From Camelus dromedarius (Eukaryota), in NCBI RefSeq assembly GCF_036321535.1, contig NC_087472.1, forward strand, positions 92,692,001 through 92,756,000: a stretch of 64,000 nt of DNA, read 5' to 3'. The translations under genes were made by a program, and so were the position numbers. The notes below the pieces were generated by a model that worked only from the letters and a program-made list of their open reading frames with translations, searched no databases and was not told the DNA's origin. Below, in pieces: positions 24,886 through 37,525 of the stretch (within the stretch, counting starts at the first letter, position 1; each line of letters begins with the position of its first letter).

Positions 24886-26169
24886 AGCCTACAATTTGTT
24901 TTCATTTTATACATTTCCATAAAGTTTTAACTGATTAACATATCCCACTATAAATACTCCTTTATTTAGCCTAGTACATATGCAATTTATGTAACGGTTT
25001 ATACATACCAAGGTATGCAATGTTCAGCTATAGGCTTGACCAGAATATATGCCAAAAAATAGCAAGTAATTAATAACACATCAAGTTTATGCATTATCAT
25101 AAATGATTAACCTTAAGTTGAAATTTAGAATTAAATTAAAGTTAAATTAAAAATTAAAAGCAAAGCTAAGAGGGACATGTTGGGGATTAAACTGCCCAGT
25201 CAACTCTGCATAAATTTAATCATGTGATAGCAGCATAGGTAACTGTGGACTTCAACAAAAGAGGAACATAAAATTTTGAAATTAGAGGAAATACACAAGA
25301 AAAAGAATACAAGGTCAAAAAGTTTAAATTAACTAAGACTGTTAAACTGAGTTTCAGACAGAAAAGATATGGGACATTTTAGTAAACCTTCATTTATTTA
25401 AAAGCTTTTAAATATTAAATTCAGTATGCAAAAATTAATCAATTCTCCCCATAGTCAAAGCACTATAAAATGCAATACAGGGGAGAGTAGAGAAAAAAAA
25501 TAAGTTATCTTCTTTTAAGAAGTTTTTATGCTCTAAATGCATTGTGTAGACAAGGAAGGTTTTACATTCTAAATCAGTAAGTAAGACAAGCTTAAAACTA
25601 AATTAACAAGAAACTAAAGGATTTTAAAACTATAAGAATGTAAAATACATACATATATTAAAGGAACTTGATGAAAGTAGTTATCTCAATTGTGATGAAG
25701 CTAGTAACTGAAGACTTCTGGGAAGGCATGAAAGTTAAAGTCTTCAAAAAAGTTACAAATACAGGTTAGTGAGCTAGAGATTATTACATACAAAGGAAAA
25801 ATTATGCAAAAGAGAAGACTTAGAAATGAGTGCAAGCAGGAAGTATTCAAGAGGTAGTAAGAAGGCAGACCTGCTGAGATGGGGAGCCTTGGTATAAGAA
25901 ATTGGAGAACCAGCAGGAATACAGGTAGCAGCGAATGACTGAAAGCCAAGAATATCATGTTGAAGACTTGAGAAATGGCTATAGATATGCAGAGGAAGAG
26001 CAAAGATGTGAGATCTCAGCAAATATTAAAGAGTCCCGATGGAGGTTGTGCCTGCTGTGAATGAAAACAATGAAAGGAAAAGCTAAAATATATATACATA
26101 GAGAAAGAGGGGGAGAAAATATATGTTCTTTTACAAAATTAGCTCATTCAATCTTGAACACAACTAATT

Positions 26170-26440
26170 TTTTCCAGGATTTACTGAGATATAATTGACA
26201 TATAATATTGTTTGTTTAAGGTGTAAACAAGATGAAATAACTAACTCAAAGAGACAACCACACTTCCATGTTCACTGCAGCATTATTCACAAAAGCCAAG
26301 ACATGGAAATAACCTACATGCCCATCAACAAATGGATAAGGGAAATGTGGTGGGTGTGCACGCACATACATTCACACGCACGCACGACTATTCAGCCATT
26401 AAAAAAAGGAAAGAGAGATTCTGCAACATCTGAATCTTGA
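26170..26440. mobile_element. Short L1MA fragment with inverted halves
   Basis: 26170-26235 is an antisense 3' terminus; 26240-26440 is sense ORF2 end (catgttcactgcagcattattcac). Confidence 0.6.
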
Positions 26441-27672
26441 GGCTAACCACCTGTTTGATTCCAGTAAACCAAAGTCATATCTTTAGGTTTTAGCCATTTA
26501 GCAACCCCTTCTTGGAAACAAATTCTGGATAAGGTAGGATTAAATTATTCTGCACAAAAGAAAGACTTCCCAACAGGCATAGAAGAACAGAAGCTTGTTT
26601 TGGGCTCGTATTAGAGAAGTCTGCAGGGAAAGAGACCAGAACTGCTTTGGCACTTTGATGAAGTCATCAAGAATCAAACTTCTGTCCAGCTCAATATTCC
26701 ACCAATCCAAGATTGTGGGACTTATCACCATGGTCCAATACTACTGGTAAAGTTCCAAACATCACACCTCCAAACCAAATAAGAGGATAATGAACGTGAA
26801 GATGAAGGGCATGCTCTCTTCCTTTAGACTGCCTGTCAGTCCCATCAACTATATTTCATTGGTGACACCTTGGAGCAAGGATGGATGGAAAATAACTCTT
26901 TGGTTCACACACTGACAATTTTCATTAAAATAATGATGAAAATCTTCAGGTCTCCTCGGCACTGGCAGGTAATGCAAATCATTTCCATGATCATTTCACT
27001 CTTGTACTTCACTAGCAAGTATTTGTTACCTTTTGTCCATCTTAAACTGCCCTTAGCTGATCCCTCCTCCTCATTCTCAGATGATAATCTTCAGTAAATT
27101 TTTAGTGAAAAAGAGAATCAATAGAAACTGTACTATCTTATGTTACGACAAAAAAAATGTCCTTTACCTGTATAGTCTGTCGTTTTTTCCAGCTATAACG
27201 TATGAACAGAGTGGTTAAAAGTGTAGACTCTGGAGCCATAGACAGCAGGTTTGGTAACCAGCTTCAACATGTACTAGCTTAATGCCCAATGTTTCAGATT
27301 CTGTATGTGTAAAACAGAGATAGTAACAGAAACTAGCTTGTAGGACGATCTTGAAGACTAAGTGAATTAATATATATAAATGACTTAGCATCTAGTACAC
27401 TGATGGCTATTAATATTGTCTAAAGCCAAACCACCCACTGGCTCCACAGATTCCATTTCTTCTCATGTACTCAAAGAATCTCCTACTTAAAAACCTCCTT
27501 CCTCTCCATCACAAATTTCTCCCTCTTTATTGGAATATTTCTGTTAATATACTCATATACTATAATATCACCCATTTTAAAAACAAACTTTCTAGGTTCC
27601 ATTTCTTTACTAACCTACCAGACCTTTTCTGTGCTTCATTTTATAGGAAACTCCTTGAAAGATCTGTTCATA

Positions 27673-27860
27673 CACGTGACTCTTGAACAACATGGTTTTG
27701 AACTGTGGGGGTCCATTTACATAGGAATAGTTTTCAATAGTAAAAATCATATTTCACCATCTGCAGATGGTTGAATGTGTGGATGACAAGACACGTGGAT
27801 ATGGCAGGCAGACTGTAAGTTATAGGTGGATTAACCTCTGCATTCTTCAAGAATCAACTG
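27673..27860. mobile_element. Tigger2/MER8-type MITE
   Basis: TA|cacgtgactcttgaacaac ... ttcttcaagaatcaactg|TA: TIRs with a TA TSD. Confidence 0.8.
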
Positions 27861-28645
27861 TATCGCCTACTACTGCCTCACCTCTGCTTTTTTCATTTAA
27901 ATGTAATTTTCAACTTCTCCATTGAAACTTTTCTTCTCAAAGCCAACAATCTCCTGCATCTTGCCAAATGTAAAGATCAGTTTTGTCAGTTTTCATTTTG
28001 CTCACGCTCTTCTTAGTATTTACCAACTGATCATGCCTTCCATCTTGAAGCATGTTCTATTTGGCTTGGAGACCAAGACACACTCTGAGTTTTCCTTCTA
28101 ACTCCTTGGCAACTTCTTAGATCTCTGTTCAGGTTCATCTTTTCTACTCATTATCTAAAATTAAAATACCACCAAACTCAGAATTTGGACTTCTTTGTCT
28201 ACACTGTATTGATGATATTATATACACTGGTGGTTTCCAATAACATTTACATTTTGAGTACTCTCAAAGCTGAATTTCTGTATCTTTTTCTTCTCTCAGT
28301 AGAATACAGTGGCACCCCAAAGTGAAACATTTTTGGTTTCAGAGAGTTCTACAAATCTGGTAAAATCAAAAAGAGTGTATGTAAGCTAGAGCTGTCACTG
28401 TGCATGTCATTGTGGGAGAGAAGAATATTCAAGAATACAAGTATTCCATTGTTTTTCTTGCTCAGAAGTATCTATATTGTATTTATACAATACAAAAAAA
28501 TTAAAGAAGGAGTATAAACAGAAAAGAGAAAAGTATGTAGGTTGAATGAATCAAGTTTTGGGAAATGGTTAGAACTTTTAAAAAATATATGAATGGCAGA
28601 AGAAAAAAATTAAATTGTATAGAGTATTATTGAATCTACTGATAC

Positions 28646-28791
28646 CTATTACTAGAGACAGCCCTAATATATGCAATATATAACTGAAGAACTGAATCAT
28701 TGGAAGGTTTTCATCCACAAATTCCCTTATCATATATCTGAATGGTTGATATGCTGAAATCCAGATACAGTAGTGGTCAATAATCCAGGTT
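28646..28791 (-). pseudogene. Candidate exon (146 nt): TWIIDHYCIWISAYQPFRYMIREFVDENLPMIQFFSYILHILGLSLVI
   Basis: Acceptor tatgtatttctttag, donor ATAG|gtatca, 48 open codons. Confidence 0.38.
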
Positions 28792-29003
28792 CTAAAGAAA
28801 TACATATGCAAGATGTAAGTCCTAGAAATGGTCTAGATGTCTTTCTCCTACATTTCTATTTCATCATCATCATCATCAAAAAGATATTCATACCATTTAC
28901 TATATTCCAGACATGGTTCTGAGCATCTTACATATTCTAAACCACATAATCCTCATAACAAACACTTAGCTAGCAGGAAAACTATCATGTTTATCGCTTA
29001 ATC

Positions 29004-29223
29004 CAGAGGTTGACAAAGGTCTGTAATTCAAACCAGGCCAGCCATCTGTTTCTGTAAGCAAAGTTTTATTAGAATACAGACACACTCATTTATTTACATA
29101 TCATCTATGGTTGCTCTCATGCAACAATGGCAGAGCTGAGTAGTTGCAATAAAGATCGTGTGGTCTGCAAAGTGAAAAATATTTACTATCTGGTCCTTGA
29201 CAGAAAAAGTTTGCCTGCTTCTG
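29004..29223. mobile_element. MER58A (hAT-Charlie) MITE
   Basis: cag...ctg ends, canonical internal motifs, 8-bp TSD gcttaatc / gtttaatc. Confidence 0.88.
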
Positions 29224-29723
29224 GTTTAATCTAATAATATAAAGCTTCTTACTTTTCCACGTGCTAGTTTAATAAATATTTGGTTGATTGGTTTTAATAG
29301 TATTGTGGAGGTAACCAGAAACAGAGTTGTAGTGAGGATTCTGAAAGCTGCTATCAACGGTAGCTTTTGGTCATTTTACATTGATAGCTTCAAAACTAGT
29401 CCAGCCACTTAAACACATAAAAAGACAAATACTTTAAAGAAAGCTTTTTTCAGTTTTAATAATCTCTTGGGTAAAGCAATGCATTCTTCCTATAAAGCAG
29501 CTAGTCCCACTGGAGCCTGACCTGTCCAGCAGCTGGTGTCTGCCTTATATACTTTGTATCCTCAGCACTTAACACAGTTCATGGCATGAAGTTGGACCTC
29601 TATGAATGTGTGGCACAAATCCACCAACAAAACAGATGCGTTCATATAACTGGAACTCTTCTTTCTCTGACTGAATCATCAGATGGCACAACTGAAAATT
29701 ACATGATATATTCTAGGGCTCAC

Positions 29724-29962
29724 ATGCCCTTATGTGTCTGCTTATAAATTTGGATCCAGCTAAGCTTTCCTGAGAGAGGACTTGAGTTTCTACAAAGGAA
29801 AAATACTGGTATGGCACAAGACTTGAGAAACAGAGACCAAATGTTGCTGGAGGTGATGGCATTATACAGTTACTCCCCTGTACATCTTCACATACAGTTT
29901 GCATAAAGATAATTGTCAGTATAAAATCAACTGTCTGAATTTGAAAAAGGATATCCCTTGAA
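29724..29962 (-). pseudogene. Candidate exon (239 nt): SRDILFQIQTVDFILT...GSKFISRHIRA
   Basis: Acceptor ctttggtttttattag, donor T|gtgagc, 79 open codons filling the AG-GT interval. Confidence 0.4.
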
Positions 29963-30039
29963 CTAATAAAAACCAAAGCTGCTGATTAACCAGATAGTAT
30001 TTTTTAATGCTTGCAACATTTTAGGTATAAATTATCCAT

Positions 30040-30697
30040 CTAAAATTATTTCTTCAAACTTTCTCTTTGGCGTTTAGGTTTCAAAACCATTAAAAAATTA
30101 ATCAGTCTTAGTTTTTTTAAAGCTCTTCATTAATTGTATTGCTGCAGGATACTGTGGATTTTGCCAGTCTTTGCCAAGTCATTTCTAAGAAATTTCATTT
30201 AGAAAAATGCCCTCTTAGTATACAATTCCATGATCTAGGTCAAGGAGAAAAATAAACAAAGGTAAAAAAAAAAAAAAATAGAAGGTTAACCAGACACTAA
30301 AAATAGTAAAACATGAAGAAGTTCTAAAACCTTAATGAACAATGTTGGGAACTTTTTGAGACATTGGAAAAGGCTGAAGGATGTTGTGCATCTTTCTATT
30401 TTAGAAGTCCTAGTGAGGGTATGTGTGAGAAGAGATGGAACAAACTGCTCAAATGAAAGTAATGGGGTCATCCCCTCAGCTGCCTTCAGGGATGTGGGAG
30501 ATCTTGATGTTCTTCATTCTGTTTCTATTCTTTTCTCTTCCTTGTGTAGCTGCCAGCAATTTCATTTTAGAGTCCACTGTAGTTCATTACAAGGTGCATT
30601 CTTCCTTGTAGACAAGTGTTCTTCCAGCCAATCCTCACAATCTGAGTTTTCTGCTTTAAATGCCTGCGTTTTCAGCTCAGAAGTCCAAGTCACATGT
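30040..30697 (-). pseudogene. Degraded coding-like blocks starting at acceptors 30697 and 30234
   Basis: From aacttttttcaag: HVTWTSELKTQAFKAENSDCEDWLEEHLSTRKNAPCNELQWTLK*NCWQLHKEEKRIETE*RTSRSP... (~137 codons, 2 internal TGA). A second very strong acceptor is tttgtttatttttctccttgacctag at 30234. Confidence 0.35.
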
Positions 30698-30887
30698 CTT
30701 GAAAAAAGTTAATGACTTTATATTAGGAAATAGCCTTTCTTTGTTGGCCCCTCCATTTTTTGCCCTTTTCTTGTGTGTTTCAGTCATCTTGAATCTTAGC
30801 CACGGGTCAAACATGCCAGCTTGTAACCACTGGGAAAGTCAGAGAAGTACGGAGTGTGAAACAACTAAATAGGCTACCTGACCTTAC

Positions 30888-30958
30888 TTTTCTTAGTAGG
30901 CTGTTCTCTTCCACAGAACCTCCTGTTAAAGTCAGATTGATCTCCTTCACTTTTGATG
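30888..30958 (-). pseudogene. Candidate exon (71 nt): IKSEGDQSDFNRRFCGREQPTKK
   Basis: Acceptor tgttttctcccag, donor A|gtaagg, open frame. Confidence 0.42.
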
Positions 30959-32065
30959 CTGGGAGAAAACATGATGAGAGCCCTTTTGACATTCTTAGCT
31001 TATTCAGTTATACCTTAAGTGGCTCTCTTGTTTTCTTAAGGAAAAATATTAATATTCCCTTTCAAAATGAAGTGGGTTAGTTCCTAGTTTACTTAATACT
31101 ATGTTTGGAAGAAATCTTATTTTTTTCAGCACTCTTACTGAGAGGAAATCTTACAAATAGATTTACTAAATAAATGAAAAGTTACAACAGGGAATAAAAT
31201 ATAGCTTTAAAATATAGCTATTTATATATTATGCACTAACCCTGTAGAAAATATTGCTAATGTATATGTTGAAAATGTCATTCCTTTAAGTATATCTAGA
31301 GTTGACTGTCAGTATGATTTTCTCAGTCAAGAAGAAGCAGATTAGCAAGGTTGCAGGGACAATTAGGCTAAATAAGAGACATCGCTCCCTTTACAACACA
31401 AGCAAAGAGAATGAATAAATAATTAGTATTATATGTTCTTTCCTAAATTAACTTATACATACCTAGCATTTACAATATGCTAAACACTGTTATAAGAACT
31501 TTCAATGCGTTTTATTTCTTAACCCTCAAAAAAACCCGATGAGCTATGTAATATTATTAGCCCCATTTGACACATGAAAACACTAAGGCACAGAAGTTAA
31601 GTAACTTGTTTAGTACCACAGATGGAATTTTATCTTGATCATCTTCCACTAGAGGTCATGTCTTTCACCATTATATTAATAGTTTGAATTATGTTTTCTG
31701 CATTATAATAGACTGAAAAACAGTGACAAGATAATCTTAGCTTAGGTAAAGCAATTTAGATTAATATCTAGCTAACATTAGTTTTCCTAGGGGATAATTC
31801 TTTAAAAGAAACACACAAACAATATAGAGGAAATAGTATCTTCAATGGAATAATTAAACTATTTTAAAATATAAATACCATAATTACTCATAACATTTCA
31901 ATTTAATATTATAAAAATGGTCTCAAACTAAGATGCATACTAAGTAATTAGAGAATTTATATACGTTATTTAAATAGTTGAGATCTTTTTGTAGGAGATA
32001 ATTTTTGTATCTCATGCCTGCACATATCATTAATTTATACTATAAATGTCAAAATGCGTTTCTGC

Positions 32066-33519
32066 CAAAGTAATCTTGAGAAAGCTGGAGGTATCATGCT
32101 CCCTGACTTCAAACTATATTATAAAACTACAGTAACCAAAGAAATATGGTATGGGCACAAAAACATACACACAGATCAACAGAACCAAATAGACAGCTCA
32201 GAAATAAACCCACGTACTTATGGTGAATTGATCCATGACTAAGGAAGCAAAAAGATACAATTGGGAAAAGACAGTCTCTTCAATAAATGCTGTTGGGAAA
32301 AGTGGACAACTACATGTAAATCAATGAAATTAGACCATTTTATCATATCATATACAAAATAAATTTAAACTAGATTAAAGACTTAAATATAATACCTGAA
32401 ACCATAGAACTCCTAGAATAAAACATAGGCAATGCACTCTTTGAAATCCACTTCAGCAGTAATTTTTCAGATCTGTCTCCTCAGGCAAGGGAAACAAAAA
32501 CAAAATAATAAACGCAACCACATAAAACTAAAAGCCTTTTGCACAGTGAAGAAAACTATCAACAAAACAAAAAGGCAACCTACTGAATGAAAGAAGGTAT
32601 TTGCAAATACGTCCAATATGAGGTTAATATCGAAAATATAAAAAGAACTCATACAACTCAATATCAAAAAAGCAAACAGTCCAATTTAAAAATGGGCAGA
32701 GGACCTGAATAGGCACTTTACCAAAGAAAACATAAATATAGTCAACAGACATATGAAAAGATCAACATCACTAATCAAGGGAATGCAAGTCAAAACCACA
32801 ATGAGATATCACCACACACCTGTCAGAATAGCTATCATAGAAAACCAAGAAATAACAAGTATTGGTGAGGAAGTAGAGAAAAGAGAAATTTAGTACACTG
32901 TTTATCCAAAAAAAAAAAAAAAAAAGACCACTAATTTGAAAAGACATATGTTCATCACAGTATTATTTACAATAGCCAAGACATGGCAGTAACCTAAGTG
33001 TCCATTGACAGATGACTGGATAAAGATGATGTGGTATATGTGTGCCTGTGTGTGCATACACACACGCATGGAGACGTGTGTAATGGAGTATTATTCAGCC
33101 ATTAAAAAGAATGAAATCTTTCCATTTGTGACAACATGGATGGACCTGGAAAGTATTATGCTTAGTGAAAACAAGCCAGACAAAGAAAGACAAATAATTT
33201 ATGTTGTCCCTTATATGTAGAACCTAACAAACAAAACAAATTAATAAATATAACAAAACAGAAACAAACTCACAGATACAGAAAGCAAACTATGGTTGCC
33301 AGAGGGGTGGGAGGTGGGTATACGAGTAAAATAGGTGAAGGGAGTTAAGAGGTACAAACTACCAATTATAAAATAAGTCACAGGCCTGCAATGCACAACG
33401 TAGAGAATATAGCCAATAATATTATAATAACTATATAATTATAATCTATAAAATATCAAAAAGCTATGTTGTACACTTGAAACTAATTTAATATTGTAAG
33501 TCAACTATATTGCAATTTA
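32066..33519 (+). mobile_element. 5'-truncated L1 (ORF2 end plus 3'UTR)
   Basis: [15 protein letters not shown] and MEYYSAIKKNEIFPF motifs. Degenerate TSD aaaatgcgtttctgc / aaaattcacttctgc. Confidence 0.92.
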
Positions 33520-34106
33520 AAAATTCACTTCTGCACACTATAAACTATATAAGGAATCAAATCTACTGAATAATAAGGTACATTGTCTACCCTTCACAGA
33601 ATGATTTAAAAAACATGGGTAAATACTATTAGTAAAGATGATATGAGGGTCTGAGATCCTTCACATTTTAACAACTTGGTAATTTTAACATCTTTATTCT
33701 TTTAATTTTATCAGAGAAAAAGTTTAATTGTGAAAAAGAATGTTAATCTCTTCAGCAGAGGCATTTTTTCCCCAACAATGCAGTGCAGTTCCAAAGACCA
33801 GGCAGAAGTAGCAGGCAATAACAGAGGTATTTCCTGTAGATAATTTAAAACAATAATAAAACCAACTTCAAGTCATTCTGCATTTTATTATCACCATGGG
33901 TGGGCAATTCTAAATAATATCCATGTTCAAGTATTTCTCAGGGAAAAAAAAAACCTTTGTTGCTCCAAAGTCTAAGCAATTGCTGATATTCCTATTGAGT
34001 TTCAATAACACTTGCATGAGCTTCAAATTAGCAAGTTTTTATTACTTATCCTTGAATAAACACTGAATTCTGCATGGAAGTTAATCTAGAGAACTCTCAG
34101 TCATAC

Positions 34107-34287
34107 ATTAAACCTTCTATATACACAGATTGGGCTACACAGGTTCATTTCAATGGTAAGTTCCTAGTGGTTCAGAGGTGGGAGTTATCAAAGCTTTCTT
34201 TGGGTGTAACTGCTGTCTCCAAATTCTGATTATTACATAGTTTTCTTTTAAAAGTAGATTTAAAATAATACAATGATCCCACCATAA
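34107..34287 (-). pseudogene. Candidate pseudo-exon, frame ambiguous
   Basis: Very strong acceptor tcttatttctgttttttggtcttcacag. Donor gtatga or gtttaa. Two frames each have 2-3 stops. Confidence 0.25.
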
Positions 34288-34663
34288 CTGTGAAGACCAA
34301 AAAACAGAAATAAGAGCTACTTCAACACTAACACTTTGGGTGAACACTTAGAGACTTTACTTGTTTTTAAAATTCTTTGATGGAGACATTTGAAAACCCC
34401 TAGAAATTATCCCAGGGTAACAAAGAATTGCAATTCTAGTCTGTATTGCAATTGTTGGAAGTGATTGTGAAGTGGGATTTCAAAAAATTTCTTCTGAGCC
34501 TATTTTTATACTTAAGACTTTTCCTAATTATTTGTGTATCTGTTAGTTTATGTGGAAGAAGCTTTTCAATCTAAAATTAATTAACAAGGCTCTGCCGACA
34601 AAGTCATTATCAACTTTGCAGACATTAAGGCTAGAAACTACAAACCATAATGTTATTAAATAC

Positions 34664-35237
34664 TGCAACAGACCAACAAGTAGGTGTGAGGTGGGAAGCT
34701 CCATGAAAAGACCAGCAGGACCCCCAGACAGGGCCACTACTTTCCTGCCAGCGCCATCCGGTTCCCTGGCCCAGCGGCATTATCTTGCTTTTGCTTCTAT
34801 AAAATGACTTGCTTCTAGGAAAGTGGAACTTACCCCCTAAGATTCTATTGGTTCCCTGAGCTCACTCCTGATCAGTCCATTTGTAACACCTCGTTTGCAT
34901 AAAGCTCACTCCTGATTGGTCCATTTCTAGCACTCCTGATTGGTCCGTTTCTAAAGAGCTCATTCCTGATTGGTCCACTTTGTTACACCTTCTTTGCATA
35001 TGATGTTGCAAAGTCTAGACTGGCAGTCTATAAAAGCCTGTGTAAACCTACAGACAGGGTCCAGAGCTTGGACTGTTAACTCCTCTGGGCCTGCCAGCAT
35101 AATAAACCTGAGTTCTCCAACCCCCTGAGTGCTGCTTGGTCTCTTGCCAGGATCCAGGTTGCTGTCACAACTGAGCTGTAACACTGAGCTGTATCACTGA
35201 GCTTTATCACTGAGTTGTAACACACTTTGCTGCAACA
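34664..35237 (+). mobile_element. ERV solo LTR with tandem CCAAT-box repeats
   Basis: TG..CA ends, 4x ctcctgattggtcc-like units at 34858-34998, TATA ctataaaag at ~35028, AATAAA at ~35102, tandem actgagctgtaac repeats in U5. Confidence 0.85.
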
Positions 35238-35599
35238 GATATACATGTTTTGTCTTTATTCAGAAAACACATCAATGCAACTAAAGTTATTATTCCATTA
35301 CATTGTGGTAGTATAATATTAAATGTATTTATTCATTTATTGTCCTTGAATAATTATATATAATCATTTTTTCTAGCCATTATTATTCCGTATTTTTTCG
35401 TGATTACTGCTAGAATTAAAGTTGTAGAGAAGAGTAACAAAAAATGAGAACACTGTATATGTATGTGTCTAATACAGTAGACATGCCACTGCAAAGAAAA
35501 GGATCTGAGACAACTTCAGATGTAAGGCCATCAATAAATAACTGTCGATTTGTGTGTAATGAAGAAATCATTCCCTTGATACCACCTTCTACAATCATT

Positions 35600-36820
35600 G
35601 ACTCCACTTCCTCTCATCTCTCCCTTTTCAAGCACAACCATCAGATTTATGTGCCTTCACTCCCAGGAACTGGTCTTGCCAGGGTCACTAATGACCTCAT
35701 TTTATTTAATCTCTCTGTACCACTACTCTCTCCACTTTTGATTTCAATCTCTCTGTACCACTACTCTCTCCACTTTTGATTTCCATAACATCACTCTCTT
35801 ATCCTGAGTTTTCTCTTACTTGACAATTCCTCCCCCTACTCAATGGTTTCTGCCCTTTAAATACTGGGCTACTCAGGTTCTCTGTTTGGTCTCCTCTCTC
35901 TCCATATATTATTGGTTTGTCAACATCTGCATTCTGATGGCTTCAGCTACTAAGTATTTGCTGAAATTTATATATCCATCTAGACCTCCATCTACCCCTA
36001 ATATCTATACCTAGGTATCACATAGGTCCCTTAAGTACAGTGTAACTAAAACTAAATCTACATCCTGTCCCCCAAATTACTTCCATATTCCCTAAATCAG
36101 AAAACCTAAAGGCATATCCAGATTCCTCTCTCTCCTTCATTTCTATGTGGAATTGATAATCAAATCCTGTTGATCCTTTTCTTTTTTATGTATTCCCCAC
36201 ACCACCACCTCCATCCCACTGCTACTACCTTAACCTCATCTTCTCTCACCTGAATTAATTGGTATTTCTATCTCCAGTCTCAAATCCTTTGCAAGGTATT
36301 TTTCACTTTATTCCCAGAGTAATGTCACCAAAGTGCAGATCTGATGAAATCACCTTTATGGTTTGGGCTCCCCACCAATAACTGTAGAAAATCAGCACTC
36401 CTTAGTGATGCACATAATCAGAACCTGATTTGAGCCTATCTCTTGTCATACCTCCGGGAAAGACTGTTACTTTACTGATGTCAAATTTTTTGGAGTTCTC
36501 TGAGTGATACTTTGTTTCACATCTCTTTCTCTTTATTTCTGTCCATTCTCTTCCATGAAGTCTCACTATTCTGGTGATCAGATCAAGCGTCACCTTATCC
36601 TTAAAAGTTTCCTCATTACCACAATAAGTAAAATTAAATACTCCCACCGTACAGTTTCTATGACTGCCCCTACTAGACAATGAAACTTTTATTTATATAT
36701 ATTCTAACTCTCTAAAGTGTAAACTCCCAGAGAGCAGCTACCGTTATCTTAATTTTATTTATGTCTCTAGCACCTTGACTGCATGCTGTTAAATAGGCTG
36801 TTAATAAATGATTCCTGGAT
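35600..36820 (+). mobile_element. L2 LINE remnant
   Basis: Pyrimidine-rich L2 motifs (gtcactaatgacctc, ctaggtatcacatagg, tgtaaactcccagagagcag, aataaatga end). Confidence 0.65.
35708..35783 (+). repeat. Perfect 38-bp tandem duplication
   Basis: aatctctctgtaccactactctctccacttttgatttc x2. Confidence 0.95.
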
Positions 36821-37493
36821 TAAAAAATATGTCATTTATTTGTCTTATTTTTATTGCCTAATTTTATTCTTTATTTGCCTCATCTTGGCTATCTCTATAG
36901 ACCTACTTCACTTCCTCACACTAATTATAGGTTAACAAACACACTTTATAGTTGCCTTTATTTAACAAGCAGGTACTGAGGATCTGTACTGTAACAACCT
37001 ACTTTTCTTAGGGGCATATGTGCTTAGGCTGTGTGTGTGAATGCAAATGTGTGTTGAGATGGAGCTGGATAGAAATGTGTAAAAATGTGGTCTCAAATCT
37101 CTGCTTATGAATCTTGGCCCTGCTCCCCATGACATCTCTACATTTATTTCATAAGCAAGGTGGGTAACTTTGATGGGGTTAGCAAAATCCATTATCAAAG
37201 GTAAATCATTGGTAAGCCAATCACACATCAATTTCAGGGCCCCTTCACTAGCGTGGGCCCTTCCCATGAAAACTGTGGGCATTTATATTCATAATTTATT
37301 TTATGCAACAGCAATGAAGTTGCTGTAGGCACTCTGCATCATCATTTTCTTTTCTACAAGCATCCCCTACAAAATGTAAAAGCTTCACAGACTTAGAAAA
37401 CCTGGATCCATCCCTTGCCTCTATTTTTAGAAGTAGCTGTTATTTACTGAGCACTTCTATGTGCCAAGCACTGTCCTCTCATTGACATTTATT

Positions 37494-37525
37494 TTATATA
37501 TATATATATATATATAAATATATAT
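37494..37525. repeat. (TA)n microsatellite within MIR-derived sequence
   Basis: tatatatatatatatatatata run. Confidence 0.9.

Noticed and set aside
30100..30234. Death-domain-like reading IFLNEIS*K*LGKDWQ
   Set aside because: Needs several stops repaired, and the other two frames look equally plausible. Too weak to assign a domain.
30335..30712. 125-aa Ser-rich plus ORF
   Set aside because: Probably the antisense shadow of the purine-rich minus-strand coding-like block. No plus-strand splice support.
35170..35224. Short direct repeats resembling a CRISPR array (also 34858-34998)
   Set aside because: Head-to-tail LTR repeats with no unique spacers, in a mammalian context.
36962..37282. 106-aa minus ORF
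   Set aside because: No recognisable homology or splice frame, and it runs through a TG-rich low-complexity stretch. Better treated as a non-coding candidate.
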